Positions 1 to 8,026 of a stretch of DNA of 32,000 bases are shown here, in pieces. Position 1 is the first letter of the stretch; each line of letters opens with the position of its first letter. The notes beneath the pieces were generated by a model. It ran no database searches and was not told the DNA's origin. It was given only the letters and a program-made list of their open reading frames with translations. Position numbers and translations under genes: made by a program. Source of the DNA: an uncultured Oscillibacter sp. (GTDB taxonomy: Bacteria > Bacillota > Clostridia > Oscillospirales > Oscillospiraceae); assembly GCA_910578935.1 (NCBI GenBank), contig CAJTSM010000002.1, positions 107,151-139,150 on the forward strand. Direction: 5' to 3'.

Positions 1-642
1 GCGGCATCCGTCTGGAGCCTGCTGATTCCCGCTATGGAGCAGGCGGGGGCTATGGGCCGGTGGGCGTTCCTCCCGGCGGTCACAGGATTTTGGCTGGGCG
101 TCCTGTTCCTGCTGCTATTGGACCGGACGATTCCCCACCTGCACCAGAACAGCGAACAGCCGGAAGGCCCCCGTACCCGGCTGAAACGGGCGGCCATGCT
201 GGCGCTGGCCGTCACCCTCCACAACATTCCGGAGGGCATGGCGGTGGGCGTGGTGCTGGCGGGCCGGATGTCTGAAAACAGCGGCATTACCGCCACCGGT
301 ACGCTGGCTCTTTCCACCGGCATTGCCCTTCAGAATCTTCCGGAAGGCGCGATTATCTCTATGCCCCTCCAGGCGGAGGGGATTGGAAAAGGACGGGCGT
401 TTCTCTACGGAGTCCTATCGGGCGCCGCAGAGCCCCTGGCGGCGATCCTGACCATGTTGATGGCAGGGCGGGTCCTGCCGGCGCTGCCCTATCTGCTCAG
501 TTTTGCGGCGGGCGCCATGATCTATGTGGTGGTGGAGGAGCTGATCCCGGAGGCATCCGCCGGGGAACACTCCAACCTGGGCACGCTGTTCTTCGCGGCG
601 GGATTTACCGTCATGCTGGCGTTGGATACGGCCTTGGGGTAA
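1..642 (+). CDS. ZIP-family divalent-metal (zinc) transporter, ZupT-like; 5' end outside window
   Basis: The frame is open from base 1 (AASVWSLLIPAMEQ...), so the listed ATG at 34 is probably internal. Multi-TM protein with ZIP-type motifs HNIPEGMAVG and LQNLPEGAI. Stop at 640-642. Confidence 0.85.
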   Translation, partial: AASVWSLLIPAMEQAGAMGRWAFLPAVTGFWLGVLFLLLLDRTIPHLHQNSEQPEGPRTRLKRAAMLALAVTLHNIPEGMAVGVVLAGRMSENSGITATGTLALSTGIALQNLPEGAIISMPLQAEGIGKGRAFLYGVLSGAAEPLAAILTMLMAGRVLPALPYLLSFAAGAMIYVVVEELIPEASAGEHSNLGTLFFAAGFTVMLALDTALG

Positions 643-788
643 AATAGGATTTGACAAATCCCGTCCTTTCCGCCGCTCTATGTTAAATTTTCTTTCCAGG
701 CGGCAGCCCGCCTTCGAAAACTTGCCTTGATTGGCCAAAACATCCCTCACCAACGGGCATTCCTCCGTTGTTCAAACAAGACATAGAA

Positions 789-832
789 GGCGTCTCCAAA
801 CTCCCGTACGGTCTTGGGAGTTTGGAGACGCC
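789..832 (-). terminator. hairpin terminator downstream of pyk
   Basis: 17-bp perfect stem (789-805 / 816-832), 10-nt loop. On the minus strand it is followed by TTCTATGTCTTGTTTG. Confidence 0.6.
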
Positions 833-886
833 CTCTGGGCCGCCGTCCCTGCGCAGGGCGGCGTTCAACCGGTTTGCACGCGGGCT

Positions 887-2323
887 TTAAAGCCCGCTGT
901 CCTCAATCACCTGCGCCTTGATGAGATTGGTGGAGCCGCTCTTCCCCAGGGGCACCCCGGCGGTGATGACCACCGTGTCCCCGGGCTGAACCAATCCCTC
1001 CTTCACCGCCACCTCGGCGGAGAGGGAAAAAATCCGGTCCGTGGAGTTGACCTCCCCCGTCAGGAAGGGAATGACCCCCCAGCAGATGGAAAGCTGCCGC
1101 CGGGTCTTCTCCTGCATGGTCAGCGCCGCCACCGGGCAGGCGGGGCGGAAACGGCAGATCATCCGGGCCGTGCGCCCGGAACTGCTGGCCGCCAGGATCG
1201 CCGTGGCGTTCAAATCCCGGGCGGTGAGGCAGCAGGTGTGGGTAATGGCGTCGTTGATGTTGTTGGAGATCGTAACCACCAGCTGTTTCTGGAAACGCTT
1301 CCAGTAATCGATGGACGCCTCCGCCTCCGTAACGATCTCCAGCATGGCGCTGAGGGCCTCGATCGGATACTTGCCCCCGGCGGTTTCCCCGGAGAGCATG
1401 ACGCAGCTGGTGCCGTCGTACACGGCGTTGGCCACGTCGGAAACCTCCGCCCGGGTGGGGCGGGGATTGCGCATCATGGAGTCCAGCATCTGGGTGGCCG
1501 TGATCACCGGCTTGCCCGCCTGGAGCCCTTTGCGGATCATCTGTTTCTGAAGGGCGGGAACCTTAGCGGCGGGAATCTCCACGCCCAGGTCGCCCCGGGC
1601 CACCATTACCCCGTCTGCGGCGGCCAGGATGCCGTCCAGGTTGTCGATGCCCTCCTGGTTCTCAATTTTCGCAATGATTTTCACACCGTCCCCGCCGCAG
1701 TCGTGAAGCACCTGCCGGACGGCCTCCACGTCGGCGGCCCGGCGGACAAAGGAGGCGGCGATGAAGTCAAAGTCGTTCTCCACACCGAAGCGGATGTCCG
1801 CCACATCCTTTTCCGTCAGGGCGGGGAGCTGAATGTGGGCTCCGGGAATGTTGATGGACTTATTGGCGGAGAGCACGCCCCCGTTTTCCACCTCACAGAT
1901 AATTTCGCCGCCCCGGATCTCCTTGACCCGCATGGCAACCAGTCCGTCGTCAATGAGAATCTCCTGACCGGGAACCACCTCTTCATTCAGCTTGGAATAG
2001 GTAACGGAAACCCGGGAGGCGTCCCCCGGGACGTCGTCCACGGTGAGGGTGAACGCCGCCCCGGCGGCGAGCTCCACGGTCTTCGTCTCAAAGCTCTTGA
2101 TGCGGATCTCCGGGCCCTTGGTGTCCAGAATCGTCGCCACGGGAGAGCCCATTCGGTCCCGGACGGCCTTCAGCCGGTTCAGCCGCTCCAGCTGCTCCGG
2201 GTGGCTGCCGTGGGAAAAGTTAAACCGGGCGCCGTTCATGCCGCCCTTAATCAGGGCGACAATCATTTCCTCGCTGTCCACAGCGGGGCCCAGCGTACAA
2301 ATAATCTTCGTTTTTCTCAGCAT
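887..2323 (-). CDS. pyk: pyruvate kinase (478 aa)
   Basis: KIICTLGP, NGARFNFSHG and MVARGDLGVEIP are classic pyruvate kinase motifs. AGGAGGA lies 7 nt before ATG 2323. A hairpin terminator lies downstream. Confidence 0.97.
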   Translation of the reverse strand: MLRKTKIICTLGPAVDSEEMIVALIKGGMNGARFNFSHGSHPEQLERLNRLKAVRDRMGSPVATILDTKGPEIRIKSFETKTVELAAGAAFTLTVDDVPGDASRVSVTYSKLNEEVVPGQEILIDDGLVAMRVKEIRGGEIICEVENGGVLSANKSINIPGAHIQLPALTEKDVADIRFGVENDFDFIAASFVRRAADVEAVRQVLHDCGGDGVKIIAKIENQEGIDNLDGILAAADGVMVARGDLGVEIPAAKVPALQKQMIRKGLQAGKPVITATQMLDSMMRNPRPTRAEVSDVANAVYDGTSCVMLSGETAGGKYPIEALSAMLEIVTEAEASIDYWKRFQKQLVVTISNNINDAITHTCCLTARDLNATAILAASSSGRTARMICRFRPACPVAALTMQEKTRRQLSICWGVIPFLTGEVNSTDRIFSLSAEVAVKEGLVQPGDTVVITAGVPLGKSGSTNLIKAQVIEDSGL

Positions 2324-2513
2324 ATGAAATTCCTCCTGTACGCTCCCTCCTGGGGGGAGCTGGAAACCAACAATGAACGCTTCCTATGGAGTTTTATTAT
2401 ACAGGAGTCTTTCCTTTTTGGGTAGGTTAGAATTTCATAAATTTTGCGTAATCGTTTAGCCTGGTATCTGTGGAAGTGCTTTCGCAAGCGTTTGCAATCC
2501 CTCCCATCCCCCT

Positions 2514-2708
2514 TCAGCCCTCCCAGAACAGCTCGTCCAGGGTCTTTCCCAGGCGGCGGCAGATGGCGGTACAGAGCTTGATGGTGGGATTGTAGTCCCC
2601 TTTTTCGATGGCGTTGATGGTCTGGCGGGAAACCCCCACGGCGTCCGCCAGCTGCTGCTGACTCAGGTCCAAGGCGGCCCTGGCGGCCTTCATGCGGAGA
2701 TTTTTCAT
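2514..2708 (-). CDS. XRE-family helix-turn-helix transcriptional regulator (64 aa)
   Basis: Single HTH_XRE-like domain (LSQQQLADAVGVSRQTINAIEKGDYNP). Its ATG overlaps the stop of the upstream membrane gene (ATGA overlap at 2705-2708), implying an operon. Confidence 0.85.
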   Translation of the reverse strand: MKNLRMKAARAALDLSQQQLADAVGVSRQTINAIEKGDYNPTIKLCTAICRRLGKTLDELFWEG

Positions 2709-3229
2709 TCTTCCTCCTCCCCCCGGGAGCAGAGAAGGTGATTGACGATGTACACAATTAAAATGACCAGGGTGGCAACGCCGATGATGGGATTCACCGC
2801 CCAGAAGGTTAGAACGCCGTCCTCTATCAGATCACCGGAGACGGCGTGGGCGCCGCCAAAGCCCAGATTGATAAGGGTCAGCAGGGCGAACATGGTCATA
2901 ACCACCCGGGGCTTTTCCCGGAGGCTCAGATAGGCATCCTTCAGAATGCAGGTGGTGGCAAAGACGCACAGGCTGACGGCCAGGCAGATCGTGATCCCCG
3001 TCAGCACGTCGCACCACCGGCCCAGGATCATGTCCGAAAGGGCGTAGACGTAGTCGGAGATGAGCAGGGTGAAAAAGCCGTACTGAAAAGCCTTGCCCCG
3101 GGCCAGCTCCTGCCGCTCGTCGAAGTGGCAGTCCAGGACCTTTTTCTTGAAAAGGAACGCCACGAAAATCAGCCCCGCGACGATGCCCGCGGCCAGACCC
3201 ACCGCTATGCCGGCGTGATAGTGATCCAT
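2705..3229 (-). CDS. integral membrane protein, partner of the small XRE regulator (about 174 aa)
   Basis: 4-5 predicted TM helices. I place the start at ATG 3229 (MDHYHAGIAVG...) because AAGGGGGA lies 7 nt upstream; the ORF-track start at 3268 has no SD. No family is assignable by eye. Confidence 0.7.
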   Translation of the reverse strand: MDHYHAGIAVGLAAGIVAGLIFVAFLFKKKVLDCHFDERQELARGKAFQYGFFTLLISDYVYALSDMILGRWCDVLTGITICLAVSLCVFATTCILKDAYLSLREKPRVVMTMFALLTLINLGFGGAHAVSGDLIEDGVLTFWAVNPIIGVATLVILIVYIVNHLLCSRGEEEE

Positions 3230-3345
3230 AAATGATCCCCCTTGTGTTTGATGGGGACAGTGTAGCACTCGGGCGACTATTTGTCAAGTATATTTTACAA
3301 AATGGAAAATAAAATTCCCGCCCAATGAAAGCCGGGCGGGGGACG

Positions 3346-3422
3346 GGCCGCCCAGGGGGGCGGCCCCTACGGATCCGCCGTTTGATGGAGCGCCGTGCAG
3401 GGGCCGCCGCCTTCGGCGGCCC
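3346..3422. repeat. GC-rich palindromic extragenic element (GGCCGCCC-AGGG-GGGCGGCC-CCTAC ... GGGGCCGCCG-CCTT-CGGCGGCCC)
   Basis: Intergenic between the membrane gene and tepA. Its first 25 nt are identical to 19996-20020. Confidence 0.8.
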
Positions 3423-3460
3423 GTTCCCCCCGAAGGCCCGCTTCCCTGTCGGTCCTTTCC

Positions 3461-4192
3461 TCAATCTCCGGAGCCCTTCCGCCTCCGCTTTTTCTTCCCG
3501 GCGTCAATCTCCCCGTAGAGCCAGCGGAGCCCGTCGGAGAGGCCGCCCACCTCGTCGATGAGCCCCAGGCGGACGGCCTCCTCGCCGTAAATGACGCTGC
3601 CAACGTCGGCGGCCATATCGTCCTTCTGGAGCATCAGGTCCTGAAAGTCCCCGGCGGAGATGTGGCTGTGACCGGAGACAAAGGCCACGATCCGGTCCTG
3701 GAGCCGCTGGAAATAGCTGTAGGTCTGGGGGGCGGCGATGACGGTGCCGCTCATGCGGACGGGGTGGATCGTCATGGCGGCGGAGGGCACGGCGAAGCTC
3801 CGCCGGGCGGCCACGGCCAGGGGCACGCCGATGGAGTGGCTGCCCCCCAGGACGATGGAGACGGTGGGCTTGGTCATGCCGGCGATGAGCTCCGCGATGG
3901 CAAGGCCCGCCTCCACGTCCCCGCCCACGGTGTTGAGGAGGAAGAGGACCCCCGCCACCTCGCCGGACTCCTCCAGCTTGGCGAGCAGCGGGAGGACATG
4001 CTCGTACTTGGTGGTTTTCGTCCCGGAGGAGGCGGTGACGTGGCCCTCGATCTGGCCGATGATGGTGAGACAGTAGATGTTCCCGTGGGGCGTGGCCGTC
4101 ATGGCGGAGCCGAAGTCCAGGATGGACTGGACGTCTTCCTTCTGTGTATCTTCGGTTTGCTCCGCCTGGGTGGGCTTGGTGGATTTGGTCAT
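3461..4192 (-). CDS. tepA: ClpP-family protein, translocation-enhancing protein TepA-like (243 aa)
   Basis: LTIIGQIEGH...TKYEHV...LNTVGGDVEAGLAIAE...PTVSIVLGGSHSIGVPLAV...MTIHPVR closely follows the Bacillus TepA/ClpP-fold pattern as I recall it. The start is chosen at ATG 4192 (MTKSTKP), preceded by AAAGGAGG. The C-terminal tail is lysine/arginine-rich. Confidence 0.85.
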   Translation of the reverse strand: MTKSTKPTQAEQTEDTQKEDVQSILDFGSAMTATPHGNIYCLTIIGQIEGHVTASSGTKTTKYEHVLPLLAKLEESGEVAGVLFLLNTVGGDVEAGLAIAELIAGMTKPTVSIVLGGSHSIGVPLAVAARRSFAVPSAAMTIHPVRMSGTVIAAPQTYSYFQRLQDRIVAFVSGHSHISAGDFQDLMLQKDDMAADVGSVIYGEEAVRLGLIDEVGGLSDGLRWLYGEIDAGKKKRRRKGSGD

Positions 4193-4376
4193 GGTGAGAT
4201 ACCTCCTTTTTGTGGAAGTAGCTTTTCCGGTTTTCTGGAAATTACCCGTCCCCGACGGGAATCTTACGGCATTGTAAGATGGGGGGGCCAAACTGTAAGG
4301 CAAATCGATGGCAGGGCCGCCGGGACTCCGCTATACTGGGTACAGTTCCAAGAGAACGGAAAGGGAGGAAAAAGAA

Positions 4377-4553
4377 ATGAAGGACATGATGAAGGGGATC
4401 GTAATCGCGCTCCTGGCGGTAGCGGTGGTCATCGCGGCGCAGACCGCGCTGAGCTTTGTGGTGGGCTTCCACACCGCCGAGCTGATTGGGGAAACAGCCC
4501 TGGGCGCGCTGTTTCTCTATGCCGTCATCCGGGCGGGCCGGAAGCGGCGGTAA
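4377..4553 (+). CDS. small two-TM membrane protein (58 aa), hypothetical
   Basis: AAGGGAGGAAAAAGAA precedes ATG 4377 (MKDMMKGIVIALLAVAVV...). Third-position G+C is high, the C-terminus is basic (RAGRKRR), and two hairpins, one with a T-tract, lie downstream. Confidence 0.65.
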   Translation: MKDMMKGIVIALLAVAVVIAAQTALSFVVGFHTAELIGETALGALFLYAVIRAGRKRR

Positions 4554-4610
4554 CGGAGCCCCGCCTCTGCAAAGGCAATGGCCCGGTCAGGGGACCGGGC
4601 CCCACATCCA

Positions 4611-4639
4611 AAGCCTCCCTCCAGGGGGGCTTTTCTTTT
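4611..4639 (+). terminator. intrinsic terminator after the small membrane protein gene
   Basis: AAGCCTCCC-TCCA-GGGGGGCTT stem followed by TTTCTTTT. Confidence 0.6.
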
Positions 4640-4694
4640 CCCCTCCGCCGTGCTATACTGAGGGCAAATCATGCCCGTGGGGCGGGAGGAAATC

Positions 4695-5507
4695 GTGATC
4701 AGGAACAAACAACGTATCGTCGTCAAGGTGGGCACCTCCACCCTGACCCACAGCTCCGGCAGCCTGGACCTGCGGAGCATGGAGAAGCTGGTCCGGGTGC
4801 TGGCGGACCTGAGCGGCAGCGGACGGGAGGTCATTCTGGTGACCTCCGGGGCCATTGCCGTGGGCACGGCCCGGATGGGCCTGGACGAGCGGCCCCGTGC
4901 CCTTCGGATGAAGCAGGCCGCCGCTGCCGTGGGCCAGTGCCGGATGATGCACATCTATGACAAGCTCTTCTCCGAGTACAACTGCACCGTGGCCCAAATT
5001 CTCCTCACCGGGGAGGATGTGGAGGACCCCGTCCGGGCGGAGCATTTAAAGAACACCTTCGAGAGCCTCTTGGAGCTGGGGATCATCCCGGTGGTGAACG
5101 AGAACGACTCCGTCTCCTCCGCCGAGATCGAGACGGGGCACCACAAGGTCCTGGGGGACAACGACACGCTCTCCGCCATTGTGGCGGAGCTCTGCGGGGC
5201 GGATTTGCTGGTGCTTCTCAGCGACATCGACGGGCTCTATGACGCGGACCCCAAGCGGGAACCGGGGGCGAAGCTTCTTCACCAGGTGACGGACCTGACG
5301 CCGGAGATTCTGGAGATGGCCGGAGGCGCGGGCACCTGGCGGGGCACCGGCGGCATGGCGACGAAGCTCTCCGCCGCCAGAATCGCCATGGAGGCAGGCT
5401 GCGACATGGTCATCACCAATGGGGCCCGGCCTGAGGGGCTGTATGACATTGTGGAGGGCGAAGACATCGGGACCCGGTTTGTGGCCGGGAGAAAGGAAGG
5501 CGCGTGA
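4695..5507 (+). CDS. proB: glutamate 5-kinase, short form without PUA domain
   Basis: RIVVKVGTSTL..., VTSGAIAVG and NENDSV motifs. GGGAGGA lies 5 nt before GTG 4695, so I prefer that start over ATG 4671. The stop overlaps the proA start (ATGA at 5504-5507). Confidence 0.93.
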   Translation: MIRNKQRIVVKVGTSTLTHSSGSLDLRSMEKLVRVLADLSGSGREVILVTSGAIAVGTARMGLDERPRALRMKQAAAAVGQCRMMHIYDKLFSEYNCTVAQILLTGEDVEDPVRAEHLKNTFESLLELGIIPVVNENDSVSSAEIETGHHKVLGDNDTLSAIVAELCGADLLVLLSDIDGLYDADPKREPGAKLLHQVTDLTPEILEMAGGAGTWRGTGGMATKLSAARIAMEAGCDMVITNGARPEGLYDIVEGEDIGTRFVAGRKEGA

Positions 5508-6754
5508 TGACGGCATTACAGGAACAGGGACGCCTGGCCAAGGCCGCGTCCTACACCCTCTCCACCGCCGGGACGGCGAAGAAAAACGCCGCCCTGGAGG
5601 CCATCGCGGAGACCCTGACAAAACGGAAGGACGAGTGGCTGACGGCCAACGCCGAAGACGTGGCGGCGGCAAAAGAGGCGGGCATGCGCCCCGCCATGCT
5701 GGACCGGCTGACCCTCACGGAGGAGCGGATTGCCGGAATTGTGGAGGCCGTCCGGCAGGTGGCGGCCCTCCCGGACCCCGTGGGGCGGGTGGACAAAATG
5801 GAAACCCGGCCCAACGGGCTTATCATCGGGCGGCGGCGGGTGCCCCTGGGAGTGGTGGCCATTATCTTTGAGGCCCGGCCCAACGTCACCGTGGACGCGG
5901 CTGCGCTGTGTTTGAAGTCCGGCAACGTCTGCATTCTCCGCGGCGGGAAAGAGGCCATCCGCTCCAACCGCAAGGCGGCGGAGCTGATGCGGACCGCCCT
6001 GGCCTCCGCCGGACTGCCGGAGGACTGTGTGTCCCTGGTCCAGGACACCAGCCATGAGACGGCGAATGAATTGATGCACTTGGACGGATCTGTGGACGTG
6101 CTCATCCCCCGGGGCGGCGCGGGGCTGATCCGGACCGTGGCCAGGGAGGCAAGCGTCCCGGTGATTCGCACAGGAGAGGGGGTCTGCCACATTTACGTGG
6201 ATAAGGAGGCGGACCTGGACATGGGGGCGGAGATTCTTTACAACGCCAAGTGTTCCCGCCCCTCCGTCTGCAACGCGGCGGAGTGCCTGCTGGTCCAGAG
6301 AGACATCGCGGAGGCGTTTTTGAAAAAGGCCCTACCCCTGCTGGACCGGCACAATGTGGAGCTGCGGTGCGATGAGAGGTCCCTGGCAATTCTGGGGGAC
6401 CGGGCCGTTCCCGCCGCCGGGAGCGACTGGGACGCGGAGTACGATGACTACATTTTGGCCGTGCGGACGGTGCGGGATCTGGAAGAGGCCGTCCAATTCA
6501 TCAACGCCCATGGCACGGGGCACTCGGAAGCCATCATCACCACCAACTACTTTAATGCGCAGCGGTTTTTGGACGCGGTGGACGCGGCGGCGGTGTACGT
6601 CAACGCCTCCACCCGGTTCACCGACGGCGGGGAGTTCGGCCTGGGGGCGGAGATCGGCATCTCCACTCAGAAAATGCACGCCCGGGGGCCCATGGGACTG
6701 GAGGAACTGACCAGCTGCAAGTATGTGATTTACGGAGAGGGGCAGGTGCGGTAA
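5504..6754 (+). CDS. proA: glutamate-5-semialdehyde dehydrogenase (gamma-glutamyl phosphate reductase)
   Basis: 416 aa with typical ProA motifs (VIFEARPNVTVDAA, CNAAECLLV, HGTGHSEAIIT, NASTRFTDGGEFG). Translationally coupled to proB. Confidence 0.96.
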   Translation: MMTALQEQGRLAKAASYTLSTAGTAKKNAALEAIAETLTKRKDEWLTANAEDVAAAKEAGMRPAMLDRLTLTEERIAGIVEAVRQVAALPDPVGRVDKMETRPNGLIIGRRRVPLGVVAIIFEARPNVTVDAAALCLKSGNVCILRGGKEAIRSNRKAAELMRTALASAGLPEDCVSLVQDTSHETANELMHLDGSVDVLIPRGGAGLIRTVAREASVPVIRTGEGVCHIYVDKEADLDMGAEILYNAKCSRPSVCNAAECLLVQRDIAEAFLKKALPLLDRHNVELRCDERSLAILGDRAVPAAGSDWDAEYDDYILAVRTVRDLEEAVQFINAHGTGHSEAIITTNYFNAQRFLDAVDAAAVYVNASTRFTDGGEFGLGAEIGISTQKMHARGPMGLEELTSCKYVIYGEGQVR

Positions 6755-6756
6755 CC

Positions 6757-7563
6757 ATGAAATGGCCAGTATTTGGATTTATCGGAACCGGGAACATGGG
6801 CGGGGCTCTGGCCCGGGCCGCCCGGCGGCGGCTGGAGGGAGAGCAGATACTCCTGGCCAACCGGACGGAGGCCAAGGCGGCGGCCCTGGCACAGGAGCTG
6901 GGGGCATCCCTTTCCAACAACCGGACGGTTGTGGGAAACGCGGACTATATTTTCCTGGGCGTGAAGCCCCAGATGATGAAAGAGCTGCTGGCAGAAACCG
7001 CTCCGGAGCTGTATGCCCGGAAGGACCGCTTCATCCTGGTCACTATGGCGGCGGGGCTTACCATTGAGGACATTCAAAATATGGCGGGGGGGACCTATCC
7101 CGTCCTGCGGATTATGCCCAACACCCCCTGTTCCATTGGGGAGGGGATGGTGCTCTACACCTCCGGCCCCGGCGTGACGGAAGAGGAAGAGCGGGTGTTT
7201 CTGGAGGCCATGGCCGGAGCCGGGCGCTTTTCCCCCATTCCGGAGACGCTGATGGACGCGGGAAGCGCCGTGGCGGGCTGCGGTCCAGCTTTCGTGGACC
7301 TGTTTTTGGAAGCCCTGGCGGACGGGGGCGTGGCCTGCGGCCTGCCCAGGGCCCTGGCTCTGGAACTCGCCGCGCAAATGGCGGCGGGCTCCGCCCGGTT
7401 GATTCTCGAGAGCGGGCGGCACCCCGGGGATCTGAAAGACGCGGTATGCTCTCCCGGCGGGTCTACCATCCAGGGCGTACGAAAGCTGGAGGAGGCGGGT
7501 TTCCGCGGGGCGGTGATGAACGCGGTGATTGCCGCCTTTGAAAAAAGCCGGAATATGCGATGA
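6757..7563 (+). CDS. proC: pyrroline-5-carboxylate reductase
   Basis: FGFIGTGNMGGALA Rossmann motif and C-terminal SPGGSTIQGV motif. Starts 2 nt after the proA stop and is followed by a strong terminator. Confidence 0.95.
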   Translation: MKWPVFGFIGTGNMGGALARAARRRLEGEQILLANRTEAKAAALAQELGASLSNNRTVVGNADYIFLGVKPQMMKELLAETAPELYARKDRFILVTMAAGLTIEDIQNMAGGTYPVLRIMPNTPCSIGEGMVLYTSGPGVTEEEERVFLEAMAGAGRFSPIPETLMDAGSAVAGCGPAFVDLFLEALADGGVACGLPRALALELAAQMAAGSARLILESGRHPGDLKDAVCSPGGSTIQGVRKLEEAGFRGAVMNAVIAAFEKSRNMR

Positions 7564-7564
7564 G

Positions 7565-7596
7565 AAAACCCCCGCGCATAGCGCGGGGGTTTTCTC
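7565..7596 (+). terminator. intrinsic terminator of the proBAC operon
   Basis: AAAACCCCCGCGC-ATA-GCGCGGGGGTTTT immediately after the proC stop. The A/T flanks make it usable on both strands. Confidence 0.75.
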
Positions 7597-7807
7597 AGAT
7601 CGGAAGATCTTCCGTGGAGCCTCCGGCGAAGGGTGCCCAGCCGAAGGGAGAGGGAAAGGGATAGCGGCAGAAGACGCCGCGCGGTGTGTGTGGGACCCTC
7701 TCCCGCCGGCCGGGCGTCCCGCCGGAAACACAAAAACGGTGCCGAGCAACAAACTCAACACCGCCTTAATACGCGATCGCACGCTTACAAACCTGTTGCC
7801 TCCGCCC

Positions 7808-7836
7808 TTGCAAAAGGGTGGGGGAATGGGTATAAT
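7808..7836 (+). promoter_or_regulatory. near-consensus sigma-A promoter TTGCAA-N17-TATAAT with no downstream CDS
   Basis: TTGCAA at 7808-7813, exact 17-nt spacer, TATAAT at 7831-7836. No SD-led ORF lies before the terminator at 7991-8026. Confidence 0.6.
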
Positions 7837-7943
7837 AAGCCCGTGGTGCAGTTAAAGCTGCTGTGCTGAGTGGGGTTGCACTCGTACAGGGCCGCTGGGC
7901 GCCCTAACACCCGGCGGCCTGCCGCATTCATGTTTCCATTTTT

Positions 7944-7972
7944 ATTTTACCTCCAACTGTCCAAAATTGCAA
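7944..7972 (-). promoter_or_regulatory. near-consensus sigma-A promoter TTGCAA-N17-TAAAAT facing the 7808 promoter
   Basis: On the minus strand: TTGCAA (7972-7967), 17-nt spacer, TAAAAT (7949-7944). It points toward the hairpin at 7565-7593. Confidence 0.55.
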
Positions 7973-7990
7973 GGGGTTTCGACAGAAGAA

Positions 7991-8026
7991 ACGCACCCCG
8001 CCCAGGCTGGGCGGGGTGCGTTTTTT
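7991..8026. terminator. bidirectional intrinsic terminator (serA on the minus strand; orphan plus-strand transcript)
   Basis: 14-bp GC-rich stem ACGCACCCCGCCCA / TGGGCGGGGTGCGT, T6 on the plus strand and TTTCTTCT on the minus strand. It abuts the serA stop codon. Confidence 0.75.

Noticed and set aside
731-2425. Long ORF (564 aa) antisense to pyk. Similar long ORFs lie at 3395-4960, 8911-10374, 10917-13139, 15824-17545, 20040-22271, 22652-23626, 26099-27397 and 29003-30418.
   Set aside because: Each lies opposite a gene with unmistakable family motifs. Their translations are Gly/Arg/Pro/His-rich low-complexity sequence typical of stop-poor antisense frames in high-G+C DNA, and none has an SD at its start.
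4308-4376. Upstream ATG at 4308 as the start of the small membrane protein. The extended N-termini in the ORF track are similar cases: 3268, 4303, 9119, 14682, 15751, 24811, 25369 and 27935.
   Set aside because: In each case an internal ATG is preceded at 5-9 nt by a strong AGGAGG-type SD and begins a sensible N-terminus (signal peptide, lipobox or family motif). The upstream extension has no SD and odd composition.
4554-4694. Possible T-box or attenuator leader upstream of proB, since proBA is T-box-regulated in some Firmicutes.
   Set aside because: The gap is only about 140 nt and is occupied by two terminator hairpins of the upstream gene. There is no specifier-loop/T-box (GGTGGNACCGCG-like) sequence.
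7928-7939. GGAGGT followed 9 nt later by ATG-GAA-ACA-TGA on the minus strand (a three-codon mini-ORF). A 47-aa minus-strand ORF also starts at ATG 7932.
   Set aside because: The GGAGGT lies inside the spacer of the minus-strand promoter, upstream of the predicted start site, so it would not be in the RNA. The 47-aa frame has no SD at a workable distance and no hydrophobic or conserved-looking character.
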